The notes under the pieces are model-generated. The model worked only from the letters and a program-made list of their open reading frames with translations, did not search any database and was not told the DNA's origin. Shown piece after piece: positions 12,722 to 26,934 of a stretch of 64,000 nucleotides of DNA. This DNA comes from Amoebidium appalachense (lineage: Eukaryota; Protista; Ichthyosporea): assembly GCA_963693365.1 (NCBI GenBank), contig CAVNZM010000011.1, positions 4,410,639-4,474,638 of the forward strand, written 5' to 3'. Position numbers and translations under genes: made by a program. How positions within the stretch are numbered: the first letter of the stretch is position 1; each line of letters starts with the position of its first letter.

Positions 12722-13552
12722 ACCGTTCACAGTATATACCCTCTGGTACAAGTATTAGACTCTGTAGAAGAAATGTCTTGGGTGCGCAAGGGAACCATCA
12801 TTGAACAACATTTCTCCGAGGCCATTTAACTTAGTATCAAACCAATACCTTCTCGGTTTAAATTACATAAAACCACTCACACCATTATAAAACCATTAAA
12901 TAAGCACTTGGTGAGATACCCTCTGACATTTCATCATGAACCGCTTTACATTTATATTCACCCACGTTTTTAGAAACACCTACCACTTAGTCTATAAACA
13001 GTACGCGTGTATTAAACTTTAAAAACTTATCAAACATCACATGATAAACCCGTTATATATTTACTCACGAAACCTATGTAGCAGCTGAAGCCAGGGTTCA
13101 ACGAGCGCAAGGCCAAGCTGACAGAGCAGAAAGAGATTGATAAAGATCGGGTGCAATCGCAGTACGATCGGCTAATCGAAAATGCGCGTACAATCCTGAA
13201 AGACCGCGAGGACGAGATCGCAGACATTCTCGACGAACGATTGGACAAACTCGCCGTGCTCCAGAAGAAAATTCGAGAAATTAAAGCCAAATCGGGAAAG
13301 GACCCTATGGGCTGTGTGGAGGCGTACGTGACAGCTGCGGAAGCCGCCAGAAACCTCGAAACTGCATCTGTTTCCTACAAGAAATTTCTGGAATCGTTAA
13401 ATTTTCCGATTCAGATCAAGAGGAGGGTGGAGATGGTGGCAAGGAAAAGGAAAAGGAGAAGGAGAAGCGTACCGGCAACAGGGGGGGGGGATTTTGGGTG
13501 CGGAGAGGAGAGGGGGAATGGGCGCAAGAAAGGCAATGAAAACGGTGAGTAG
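10150..13552 (+). CDS. RING-B-box-coiled-coil (TRIM/RBCC-like) protein A with a degenerate RING. Exons 10150-10481, 11599-12328, 13082-13544; ends at TAG 13552 or splices on from GTGAGT at 13545
   Basis: Donors TG|GTGAGG (phase 2) and AAG|GTGGGG (phase 0); acceptors CTCAG and TGTAG (branch TACTCAC); joins are in frame. RING-like CRHC..RPLVLPCGNTFCFMC..SATC..P.N..LLELL; B-box CKKH..YFCFMHKEYTCSEC..H; heptad-rich exon 3; basic NLS-like RKRKRRRR. Candidate extra 3' exons at 14934 and 16612 are unresolved. Confidence 0.8.
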
Positions 13553-13709
13553 CGGGGGGGGGGGGGGGGGGGAGGGGGGAGGGGGGGGGGGGGGGGGAGG
13601 GGGGAGGCATGTGTGGGTGGGGCTTGTGTGTGTGTGTGTGGGTGGGTGGGTGTTTTTTTCCTTTTTTTTCCCCCTTTTTTTCTTATTTTTATTTATTTAT
13701 GTATTTATT

Positions 13710-13745
<36 letters not shown>

Positions 13746-13961
13746 AGGAGAGGGGAGTAGAGGGGATGAATAATACGAACGTTATATGTTTAAGCCTTAT
13801 GGATATTGCACCGGGGCAAAAGGCAGTCGCATGCAGTAAAAGAGCTGTGCATATTCTGATTTATAGAGCCTCAGCCTGCGTGATGTAAAAGTTTTTGTTT
13901 CTGTGTGCTTTGATGTGCTTTTATTTATCTGTGATGTCGGGAAGGAGGGGGGAAGAGAGCC

Positions 13962-13997
<36 letters not shown>

Positions 13998-14023
13998 GGA
14001 TGGGAGGGGTTTTTTTTTTTTTT

Positions 14024-14054
<31 letters not shown>

Positions 14055-14331
14055 GTGGTTTGTTCGTACTTTTTGTTGGAGGCCGTCTCCTTAAGCTTGG
14101 CATGTTGAAAACTTCATAAGTGGCTTGCCGCTTTGAAATTTCTATCATCTGTTGCCCAGACAGTTGGGTTTGTGTGTTTGTGTGCTGAAGAATATCGCTT
14201 CATTGTGTATTTCTGTTGCCTTTCCTTTTATGTTTCCCTTAGGACTTCTTTCCGTTTTGCGTTCGGTAGAAATGCATTTTTACGCTTTTATCACAGCACC
14301 ACGCCACGCTTTTTTGTTTTCCTTTCTCCCC

Positions 14332-14363
<32 letters not shown>

Positions 14364-14564
14364 GTGGTTGGGGGGAGAGGGGGGGAGGGGGGTTTGGGAG
14401 AATAGGAGGGGAGGGGGGAGAGAGAGGAAAAGCTTACTTTTGATTGGGTGGCCGGGAGATAAGAGTTACCCCGTTTGGGAATATATTTTCATATATCAGG
14501 TCGTCATATTTGGTGTCCACCAGTGTGTGTGTGTGTTTGTGTGTGCGCGCGCGTGTGTGCGTGC

Positions 14565-14627
<63 letters not shown>

Positions 14628-14685
14628 TTTGCGTGTGCGTTTGCGTTTCCGTGCGTGCGCGCGCACGCGCGCGTGTGTGTGTTGT

Positions 14686-14716
<31 letters not shown>

Positions 14717-14825
14717 CTGTGTGTTTCTGTGTGTCGAGGGGAATAGGGTTGGGGGGAGGGAGGGGGGGAGGGGGGCGGGGGAGGTGATAGTAAAGCTCTC
14801 GGCAGCATTTTCAACACATTGGAGC

Positions 14826-14862
<37 letters not shown>

Positions 14863-15064
14863 AATATTGTAAGCCCGTGGCAGTATCTGCAACATTGTAA
14901 GCAGTGTGGGCAACTGACTTTGTTGGGTTGCAGCCGACAAACGAAACGACTGGGGGTGAAAAGAGGAGACGCCGTGACTCATCTCAGCAGTGATTGGGGG
15001 ATGGAAGTTTATTTTGGTCGGAACATGTGCTCGTGCTCGTGCTTGTGCTTCGTGTGGTTACCTG

Positions 15065-15165
<101 letters not shown>

Positions 15166-15167
15166 TC

Positions 15168-15214
<47 letters not shown>

Positions 15215-15342
15215 CCCATGCATGTGTTTTGTGTGAACAGTTTGTGTGTCTCTTTCCGTGCCTGTGTGAGTGTCGTTGAAGGACCCCGTTTGGTGTGTTC
15301 GTGCGTGCATGTGTGCATGCGGGCGTGCAGGCGTGTGTGCGC

Positions 15343-15430
<88 letters not shown>

Positions 15431-15789
15431 GCACGCGCCCGGGTTTGTGTGTCACACATTTTCTTGTGTGGGTTTCCAAGTTCTCTTCAAGAGTCTTGCA
15501 CGAGTGGGATGGGTGTGGGTCTGCGGTGTGTGTGCACGTGTATATGCGTATAGCAGAGCAGGTGTGTATGTTTGTGTGTAAGGGGGGAGGGGGTTGGCTC
15601 TGTGTGTGTATTTAGTGGTGGCGGCGCCGGGTGGTGATGGAGGGGGAGGGGGGCTAGAGATATTGTGTTTAACTAAGAGGCAATGGAGACAGATTATATT
15701 AACATGGCCGGAGTGTGAACACCATCAACCTTCATACTTTTTAAGTTTAATATTCTTGAGGCACGAAAAGGGGGGAGGGGGTAGGGGAT

Positions 15790-15820
<31 letters not shown>

Positions 15821-15975
15821 GGGAGGGACAGGGGTAATACAGTAGAATGAACTTAAAAAAGGGGGGGGGGGGGGGGGGGGGGGGGGGGAAGAGTGGGGAG
15901 AGACCAAGGAAAGCTATTATGCGGTTTCAAGAGCATGAAAAAGTGGCCGAATAAAGGGTGGGGGGAGAGGGAGAG

Positions 15976-16018
<43 letters not shown>

Positions 16019-16471
16019 GATAGAAGATATAATTCAGTTTTCTTTGGGAGCGGTTTCTATGCCACGGTGTGTGGGTTCTTCAGAGGAGGGTGCCATCTGA
16101 CTCGGTGACAAGGTATAATACGTGCCCCCTCTCTCCCCCCCTCCAACGGTAGAAGTCGGGGTTTTAGGCTGACTTGACTGGCAGAGAAAGTACCGATGGA
16201 GTCTAATTTGTGGCGGGATCTATGTCAATTTGATTGGCTGTTTTTTGTTTGATCTCTTTCTTTCTTTCTTTTTTTTTCTTTTTCTTTCTTTCTTTCTTTC
16301 TTTCTTTCTTTTTTGTGGGGTGGGGTGGGGGGGCAAGGGGGGAGGGGGTGAATGGGAAGGAAGCGGGGAAAAAGAACACGGAGATGGGGGCCAACGAAGC
16401 TTTCGCAAGGGGAAAAGATAGGGTTTGATGGTGCTAATAGTGCTTTTTTGGGGAGGGGAGGATGTGTATGT

Positions 16472-16502
<31 letters not shown>

Positions 16503-16732
16503 GGGGGGGGGGGGAGGAAGGAGATGTGGGGGGGGAATCTACGGCCTCAGTTATGGTCAGAAACCTAGTCAGGATGAGGACTGACAGTCACTGTGTGTAT
16601 CTCTTTTGCAGATCAACAGAGAGACACGAGAGGTTTACACTGGATATCTGTGTGTTACCAACACCCCGCAGTCTGAATAAATCTACAAATTGCTTGTTAC
16701 GAACGATCACTTTTGTGTGTCGGCAATGTGTA

Positions 16733-16765
<33 letters not shown>

Positions 16766-17139
16766 ACAGTCCCCCTCCCCTCCCCCAACATACACATACA
16801 CCGCATACACCCTCACACACCCTCACACACCGACACATAACACCACCACAACCACAATTACCACCCCCTCGGCCTTCCCAGGTTCATCTTGAGATAGGTC
16901 GTACGGCGGAGGGCCTTTGGTATAGGGAGATCGCTCACATAAACTACTAAAAAGCACAGCATTTGATAATTTACAACCAAAACAAAAACATAAACCCAAA
17001 AACCGTAACTCAATGTGTGTCTGGGCCCTAAATGGTGGGGCTGCAGCCCCCCCAACTCCAAACTATAGGGGTCTGACGGCCCCTTTATGTCGCTCGGGGA
17101 TCGAACCGTTCCCCCCTGATTTTTACGTCATCAGATCGT

Positions 17140-17320
17140 GTTTTGTCCAATCAGGTGGGAGTGAGGGTCCGTTGTAAGAACCAAAGTGGTTCGTCTTGCT
17201 AGTCCAATGCTGTTCTTGCACATTGGGGGGAGGGGAGGGGGGGGGGGGGGGGGGGGGGGGAGGGGGGGGTGGACGAGTGGGTGGGTAGGGGATGGTGGTG
17301 ATGGTGGTGGTGTGTATGTG

Positions 17321-17353
<33 letters not shown>

Positions 17354-17590
17354 GGGGCCGCCGCGGGGGGGCCTGGAGCGAACTTGCCACCAGCGACTAT
17401 TACAGAGGGCTACGGCATTTTTTGATTGGTTGAGATCGCAACCGATTAAGTCCCAATCACTATATATGGAAACTGTAAGAAGTTGACTTTGTGCAGGGGT
17501 CTTGGTGTCAACTTAGAGGAGACAGAACTGCAAAGTGATTGGACGATATTTCCACCTTTAGATCGGCCATTTTTGATTGGCTGACAGCCC
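17140..17590. promoter_or_regulatory. Cluster of CCAAT/ATTGG boxes with a TATA-like TATATAT (17461)
   Basis: CCAAT or ATTGG at about 17147, 17204, 17425, 17453, 17538 and 17576; no associated gene identified. Confidence 0.3.
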
Positions 17591-18332
17591 ATAATCGGGT
17601 CGCGTGACACAAAACCACACTAAGTATAGTGCTAGATGACTCGGGGCTACAACTGCGGCTCCAGAAGATTTGGTAGTAGTTAAGAATTGCTATGGTCTTA
17701 CACTATAGTTAGAAAACCATGTAAGTTGGATGTATAATCTGATGTGATCGGCTTGAATCGTTTTTTATGGCTCTGAAGAACCCCCCCCCCCCCCTCCCCC
17801 AATCCCCCCCCCCCCCTTCCCCCCCCCCACCCCCCGCCGCTGGCGCTGACAAATCCCCTTCCCCTCTCACGAAAGGATTATTTCTTTTACTTGCCCATAC
17901 TATGGTGTGCAGCATAGGCGACGTGTGACGTTGCAGGTGTGTGTACGCGCGCAAATGTGTGGTGTGGGTGTACATGTGTGGTGTGTGTGTGCAATCATGG
18001 CGTGTATGTGCAAGTGTTGTGTATGTGTGGACGTAAATGTGGATTAAGCTAAATTTACGTGCATGTGTGGTTGTAGATATACACGTGTGGTTTAGTAATA
18101 TAGTAATTAGTTGATTATGTAGATATGTGGTGTGTATGTGTTTGCGTGGCGTGCATGACCATGTTCGGTGTACATTGTTTATGTGTACATATGGAATGTA
18201 CGTATGCATAGTGAGGTTGATGTGTGCATTGTGTAGTGTGCATGTACATGCGGAGTACAGTGTGTTTCTCATGACGACGGCAATCCAAAATATGGGGAAA
18301 TTTCACATTGGACCCTACCTCTCCTCGTAACC

Positions 18333-18366
<34 letters not shown>

Positions 18367-18516
18367 ACGACCACATCCACCACCACCCACCCAAACTTAC
18401 ATGTCAGAACCTTGAGATAAAGAACGTGCTTACTCCAAATGGTTCATGTGCCCCTTCCGTTGCACCCCCCATTTGAACAAGTCAAAATTGAGAAGCAGCA
18501 TAAACTTCCGTGCCCC

Positions 18517-18551
<35 letters not shown>

Positions 18552-18907
18552 ACCTCCCACCACTCCTTCCATGAACTCTCCCCGTTTTCACCATCCCCCA
18601 CTTCGGGGGCTTTGCCATACACATGCTGCCATTGTACGCAGGTAACTGGGACAGTCCCTCCGCCCTACCCCCCTGCCCGCATACCCCGCCCAAACCTCCA
18701 CACTATTGGAAACCCCTCCCCTCCCCCCTCCCTCCCTCCGCACATACCCGTTTCCTTCCCGTCCTATGATTGTTTGCCGTTATCTTGAGTTTTTTGGTTC
18801 CAGCCTTCTGCGGGGACCTCTCAATTGAGTTGTGCGATAAACCCCCCCCCTCCCTCCCCGCCTTCCCTCCGCACAAAAAAAACGGAAGAAAAAAAAAAAG
18901 AAAAGAA

Positions 18908-19172
18908 AAAAATCATCTCCTCCTTTCCCCTCTGCCTATACAACATTGACCTTCATTTCGTTAAAAATCCAGAAAATCCTCCTCTTTCTCGCACACCCAC
19001 AACCGTGGCATCCACCCCCCCCCCCCCCCCCCTTCCCCTTTGCACCCCTCATCCCCACCGCCACAACCCCACACCTTGTGCCCCTCTCCCCCGTGCCTCC
19101 CCTCCATCGACTTCGCCACCCCACCCCTCCCCTCCCCCCCTGGGCCAGAACAAATTCTTTAACCCCCTTCAG

Positions 19173-19220
<48 letters not shown>

Positions 19221-19525
19221 CATTGCAGTGAAACATGTACCACCCACACGTGGCTGAAGTAACTGTGTATGGTACTAAGGCAAAGAGTGCGCGAACCGTG
19301 GGAAGAAGGGAGTGGTGGGTGGTGGGTGTAGTAGGTGGATATGGCATGTGGTTGGGTGGGTGGGTGGAGCGGGGAAGGGAGGAAGGGAAAGAAGGAGGGG
19401 GGAAAGGGGGAGGGGTAAGAAGTGTTATAGAGTACAAAGATCGCATTCATAACAGACGACACAATGCAGAGTGCAAACCACACATGAAGAGCATGCATAA
19501 AACATACTTTGGGGGGAGAGCGGGG

Positions 19526-19588
<63 letters not shown>

Positions 19589-19942
19589 AGCGATTCACAG
19601 TACCCGAGTATCGACCCATTCACCTCGTTGGGGGGAAGGGGGGGGGGGGGGGGGAGGGGGGGGGGGGGGGGGGGGGGGGCATTCTTACGTGCATCAAGCA
19701 GTGTTTCCTCAGATGAAGCCATCCAGGCACAACCCAGGCATTGATGTCTTCTCTAATCTGATTTCAGATCTCCTCCGGAGCAAGACTGCAATCGGAAATT
19801 AGAAATTTGCTTTAGGACATCAAGTTCACCTGTAATACTGAAGATAAACCAGGAATCTAGTACTAAACAATAATGTGTGTATATGTGTGTGTGTGCGAGC
19901 ACGTGACTGCGTGAGTAACCAAGTGCGTGTGTGTGTTTGTGT

Positions 19943-19973
<31 letters not shown>

Positions 19974-20662
19974 GCATGCGTGCGTGTATGTGTGTTTTCA
20001 AGATGCCTGCGCACGTGTGTGTGCATATGTTGTGCGAGACGGTGTATTCGTGTGTGTATACGTGTGAGCGTGCACCACACACGCACGCGTGTGTGCGTGT
20101 ACACCTGCTTTTAAATTAGCGAGTGAGCTTGTATATGTCCCCGTGTACGTGTGTGTGCGCGCGCATGTGTACACGTGTGTGTGTGTGTGTGCGCGCGCGC
20201 GTGTGTGTGCCTGTGTCCTGGTCTCTGTGTGTGTATATGTGTGAGTGTGCGCGTGCGCCCGTGTATTCGTGTGTGTGTGTGTCCATGTGTGTATGTATGT
20301 GTCCCTCCCCACCTCTCCTTTGGCAATGCTGGGCACACAACACACACAGTGGTGGTGGTGGTGGTGGTGGTGGTGGGGGGGGGGGGGGGGGGGGGGTTGT
20401 ACTGGTGGGTGTTGAGGAAGAGGGAATGTCGGGTGTGCGTGTTGTAAAAAGGGTTTAAGGGCAAACAGATGCCCGGAGAAAGAGGGTGGGAAGGTAGAGG
20501 GAAAGGAGGTGGGGTGAAAAGGTTGGGTGTGTGTGTGGTGGTGGTGGTGGTGGTGGTGGTGGTGGTGGGGGGGGGGGGGGGGGCACAAGGAGGCGTCGAG
20601 GACGGTCAGTGTGTAATATTTCCCCCCCTCCCCCCACCTCCCCCCCCACCTCCCCCCCACCT

Positions 20663-20693
<31 letters not shown>

Positions 20694-20886
20694 AAAAAAA
20701 AAAAAAATTTGCGGAAAGGGGGCTTGAGATACCAAAAACGTAGGGTGTTCGAAAAAACAGGAGGCTAATAATAGATATTTTGTGGCAGCAGTACCCACCG
20801 ACTCGGAGCACGTTGAGTGATGCTCCGGGTGAGAGTCTTTGACTTTAGGGGCTTTAGCTCTGATAACGTAATGCTATACCCCCCCC

Positions 20887-20917
<31 letters not shown>

Positions 20918-22736
20918 ACCGGGGGTCGAGGCTTGAAATCGGGACATGTCGAGCATGAGTCTAAAGGAGTTTTTGAGCGTGAGTCTAAAGGAGTTTTTTT
21001 CTCTTTTCTTTGTTTTGTTTTTTTCTTTTTCTTTTAAGGAGCTGCAGAATCGGGTGGGTGAGAAATTACAGCATGAAGAGGAGGGTGGGGGGGATGGGGA
21101 GGGGTGGGAAGTGGGAAGTCCTAATAAATAGTTTTACTGCTCAAGCCGTGATTGGTGACCTTAGAACCTGGGTATAAGGGGGGCAGGGGACGGGGAGGGG
21201 AGGAGGGGGAGAGGGAGGGGAGGGGAGAGGGGGGGGGGGGGGGGGGGGGGGGGGGAGGAGGGGGCTGGGTGGATGGGTACCGATGGGTGTGTGGGCCGGG
21301 TGGCCGGGGTGAGTGGGTGCGTGAGTGGGTGAGTGGGTGGGTGGGCGGCTGATGTGGGGGGTGGGGGGGGGTCACAACAAGACTGGTTTGCATAGAAGAA
21401 CCGTTAAATATTCGTTCAAAAAAGAACATTAATAATGAATATTTGCTACTTGTTGTCATTAACAACCCCCCACTTCCCCCCCCCCCCCCCCCCCCCGGCC
21501 CCATCCGCTCCACCGAGCCCCATCTCCCCCCTCTCACACCAAGGTGATCCCCCCTCCCCCCCTCCCCCCCCCCCCCCCCCCCCCCCCCCCTTCATTCTTC
21601 CATGATGTGTGTGCCCATACTGATGTATCAGCTTCGATGACCTTTTCCTTATTTCAAGAGTTTTCCCTCCAACCATCCCTTCCTGCCACCCGGAGTGAAG
21701 TGCGTGGCCATGGGAGTTGGACAAAGACGAAGAGAGAGGGCTAGCATAGATTGAGGGGGTGTAGGGGGACGTACATGTAGGTACATCAACTTGGCCATAC
21801 AAAACTGAATAATTCGAACACAAAAAAGAAAAAAGGGCTGCAACCGGAAACGAGCCCAGAAAAAGAAAAAAAAAGAAGAAGAAAAAATCATCTCCTCCTT
21901 TCCCCTCTGCCTATACAACATTGACCTTCACTTCGCTTAAAATCCTAAAAAACCTCCTCTTTCTCGCACACCCACAACCGTGGCATCCAATCCCCCCCCC
22001 CCCCCCCCCTTCCCCTTTGCACCCCTCATCCCCACCCCCACAACCCCACAACTTTTGCCCCTCTCCCCCGTGCCTCCCCTCCCTCGACTTCGCACCCCAC
22101 CCCACCCCTCCCTCCCTGGGCCAGAACAAATTCTTTACCCCCTTCAGCCCCTCTCCCCCCCCCCCCCCCCTCCTCTCTTCCCCTTCCACCTCTCTCTCCC
22201 TCCCCTCCTTCCCCCCCCCCCCCCCCCCCCCCCCCCGCCCCCGTTCACAAGCAGATACACACCCCGTCGCTTCCACCACACAATCCACACGAATACCACA
22301 CCCATTTCCTTACCTTTTGTGCCCACACCCCTAGATTGTCGCAAATACGAAAACGTTGAATTTGGTATTCTATACAGCACCGACAAGCGTGAACAAACAA
22401 AATTTTAAAGTCCCTAAATACCGCATCTGTAATTTCGGATTAGCAAATATGATGTTGCGAATTACTAACTTATCACTGTGTATTGCAGTACATTTTGCGA
22501 GGAACCATCCCCACCTCTTGGCCCTCCCCTCCCTACCCACCCCATACCCACCCACACGGCCTTTGTATATATCAATGATTGCGGAAAGGGGTATTGAGAC
22601 TACCGAAAACGTAGGGTGTTATAAACAACAGGAGGCTAATAATAGATATTTTGTGGCAGCAGTACCCACCCAGCACGTTGAAGGATGCTCCGGGCATTAT
22701 CTTTGATTTTAGGGGCTTGAGCTCTGATACCGTAAG
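18908..22736 (+). repeat. Direct segmental duplication: block A 18908-19172 / 21883-22150; block B 20709-20872 / 22579-22736
   Basis: Shared sequences such as AAAATCATCTCCTCCTTTCCCCTCTGCCTATACAACATTGACCTTCA and ACAGGAGGCTAATAATAGATATTTTGTGGCAGCAGTACCCACC, in A-B-A-B order. Confidence 0.9.
19411..19630 (+). repeat. Dispersed short repeat family, copy 4, interrupted by a ~75-nt G tract
   Basis: ACACAATGCAGAGTGCAAACCACACATGAAGAGCATGCATAA, then poly-G at 19511-19586, then CACAGTACCCGAGTATCGACCC. Confidence 0.8.
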
Positions 22737-22756
22737 GCTCAGATGATAGTGAAACC

Positions 22757-22806
<50 letters not shown>

Positions 22807-23229
22807 AAAAAAAAAAAAAACGGGAGGAGAGGTTTGAGATGGGGGGGGGGGGGGGGGGAGGGGGGGGTAGCCCCAAGTATTGCTGAGTTTAGACTCTGGG
22901 TAGAAGGGGGGCAGGGGACCCCTGGGGGGAGGGAGAAGGGGGAGGGGGGGGGGGACGGGCATATGTACAATGGAGAGCCATTGTTATTCGGCGGCACTAG
23001 ATCTAAAACCAGCGACTAGGTAAGCAGAATTTGAAAAGTTTCCCCTCCTTTTTCATCTTTTATCTTCGTTCTTTTCTTCTGGGGGAGGAGGAGAGAGAGA
23101 AGGAGGGCCAGCGGGGAGAGCGAGCAAGCCAGAGAAAGGGGGGGGGGGGGGGGGGGAGGGGAAGGGGGGAGAAGCAGAGCCTGAGAGAGAGGGGGAAAGA
23201 GAGAGAGAGAGGGGGGGGGGAGGGGGGGA

Positions 23230-23637
<408 letters not shown>

Positions 23638-23973
23638 GGGGAGACCTCGTTTATTCTCTCTTTACGTGCACTTTGGCCTATACTGAGAGATGAGCGATTA
23701 TTTTGTAGTAGGGGCAACCGAGAAGGGAGAAGGGGCGGAGGAGGGGGAGCTAACATGCAGCAATATAACTTTTGCATCTGAACCATGAACGTTTGGATGG
23801 TGGTGGTGGTGGTGGGGGAAGGGGGGGGGGAGGGGGGGAGGGGGGGTACCATACCATGGACAAAATAATTGGGTAAAAACGATCAGTGAGCAACCTCGGC
23901 CTTTTGAGGTTTAAATCCAAGGTAGGGAAGTGTATGCTAGGAATAGGGAGAGGAAGGGAGGGACCCCCGGTGT

Positions 23974-24004
<31 letters not shown>

Positions 24005-24825
24005 GGGGGGGAGGGTTCGGAGGTTACCCATCGACCCCCAGTGTCTTGAGAGATGATTGGCCTAGGTGCACGTCCATGCAAACCCTCTTCCCCCCCCCCC
24101 CCCCCCCCTCCCCTTGCCCCCCTCCCCCCTCCCCCCTCGGCTCCTCCCCCCTCCCCCCCCCCCCTTTTCTCACTACGGCATGTTCAACCCCCCCCCCCCC
24201 CCCCCCTCCCCCCGGGGCCTGCCGGCCTGCCAGGCTCCAAGCTTTTGACGATCAAAAACCCCCATGCCCAACAAATATGATCATCTCAGCATTTAATATT
24301 AGCTGCTAAGTCCATTACATCATTGACCAACATGTAAAACCACATGTTTCGCCCGACGGCGTCTGTGCCTAGTACATGACGGGCTGATATAGTACGGCTC
24401 AATTGATAGTAGTGATAATAATGAAAAAGTTTTTTAAGAATCATCAGAAATCTATAAATACAACTTTTGAAGGCGATGTCCGTTAGCAATAAATTGTGCA
24501 TTGCCACAGCATGCCTTTGGCGGGTGACTCACGGGGCCCGAGGGCCGGGGTGGGCGTGAAGGAGGTGGGGGAGGGGGTGGAAAGGGGGGAATCATCGTGT
24601 GTGCGGGGATAACTGAAAGGGAAAAAAGTTCTTATTATCCATATTTGTTGTATGTTTCATTAAAAAAAGAAGGACTTATAACAATCATTAATATTATAGA
24701 ACATGTTTTGTTGTGACGTCTGAAGCCGCCGGCGCCACAGTACTCACCGTTATCAGCGGCATCGCGTTTCCGTGGTGGTTGCTGAAGCCTTGCGGCCAGA
24801 TATTTGAGAGCCTGTGCGGATCCCA

Positions 24826-24874
<49 letters not shown>

Positions 24875-25063
24875 CTCCTCCCCGCTGCCGCCGCCGCCGC
24901 CATCCCTTTCGGTGAAGCTCGATCGTCACCAACCCCAACCTTACTAAGTAATACATTATTAGGGTCCCGGACCGAGTGTCAGAGGCAGGTAAAGACAATT
25001 AACGACCACCAATCCCTCCCTCCGTCCTCCCTCCCTCCCTCCCCCTTCCCCCGCCCCCTCCCT

Positions 25064-25095
<32 letters not shown>

Positions 25096-25100
25096 CACGT

Positions 25101-25210
<110 letters not shown>

Positions 25211-26896
25211 TGCACACACAGTACACACACACACACACACACACACCGACGGGTTCCCTCACACACACACACCGACGGGTTCCCTCCCCCCCGCCTCCCT
25301 TCGATCCACAGACCCTTTTTGAGCTCGAGGGAAACATTACTAGTACTGGGGCAGGTTTCCCTGATCATGACTACTCCATGATCTCCAACGTCCCAGCTCC
25401 TCCCCCTATGTAACCCACGTGCACCCTCCGAAATGGATCACAGCCTATGGCCTCCCGACGCCCCCCCTCCCCCTTAGGCCTCCGCCCCCTCCCTCCCCCC
25501 CCCCCCCCCCCCCCCCCCCCTCCCCCCCGCCCACCCCTTCGGAATTCCCCCCGGGGCCCTGCTGCCCTCGAGTCACGGCAGCCGAACAATATGCATGCAT
25601 AATACCACATGTATACCGACGATACGTACTGACATCACTACCCCCTAAATTGCCACAGAATTTCCCAAGCTTGTTGCCAGTCACTGAAGTTCTCCCTCCG
25701 AGTCCGTGTGCGCCATGTCTGCAGCCGCTAATAATAATTAGTGTAATATGTAAGTTACCTCGAGCCTTCGATGCATATATACCGTTCATGTACACTGTAC
25801 AACCCAGCAAAAAAAATAGGCGGGGGAATGTGCACATTTTCCGGATCGATATCCGGGTCCGACTGGGTGCAACAGCACGTGGTGCGTATGCCGGGCGCGC
25901 CGCTAACCATGTATCAGACAGTGCCAAGCGCGGCACACAATTGTGGACAGTGTGGAAGCCGGCCCGTCAGTAAGCCGTCACTGTCAGATTTATGTGTGCA
26001 TTCCAACAGTGCAAAGTCAGGTGGCATCAATCGATATTACAACGACAAATATTATATTGTTGGCCAGTATAGCAACTCGGCACCTTGTTTACATTATAAA
26101 GTAGATAGTTAGGTAAATCTAAGAACCCCCGGGAGGCAGAGCTACATAACATTTCTCCTCTGCGAAATGAACACCAAAGACCCGTTCTACTCACGGTGAC
26201 TCTGAGCCTCCAGGCTTGGATGATGATCTTGCCTCATTGTGTATACCCGTTTATTTGATTGGTCGAGAGATCTTTTTGTTGGACGTACAAAAAAACTGAA
26301 TCGGTGCATCATGCATGGGCATGGTATCATCACACAATATATGCGCATTTTTCTTGAAAAAAGAAAAAAACAAAAAAAGGAACAGAAGAAATGTATCCAT
26401 ACAACACATAGAACATAATGCTATTTCGAGCGATAGAAGTTTATATAAGCACAATGTCCGCTAAAGATGGCGACTTGTTGCGGAGACAACCCATCAGACG
26501 GGAGACCGTTCCTGGCATGTAGATGGCCCATATTATTCAACGGCAATGTTTGTGATGGCGCATCAATGATGATTGCTGGGCCGCACTTCATCATATTGAG
26601 GAAATAGCTCAGCAAAAATGCATAAATCTCTACAACTTGCATACTAATTTATAATTTTTGGTTTCATGATGTCAAATGGTGATTACAAGTACGCTTTTCT
26701 CTACTGAACTCGGTCTTTTGCCCGGCCGATGATGCCACTCAGATGAAGCCAGGGTTCAAAATCCCAGGGGAAGTAACATTCTCCACCAATGAGCAATCGC
26801 CCTCGCACTAAAAACTTTGCAAAGCTGGTGATGCAAGCCTGGGATTCGTATAAGAACTACCTAGAAAAAAAGGATAATTGAATAATCATTTCTTAT

Positions 26897-26934
<38 letters not shown>

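Noticed and set aside
17092-17107. GGTTCGATCCCCG (minus strand) resembling a tRNA T-arm/B-box
   Set aside because: The T-stem does not pair and there is no A-box, D-arm or acceptor stem.
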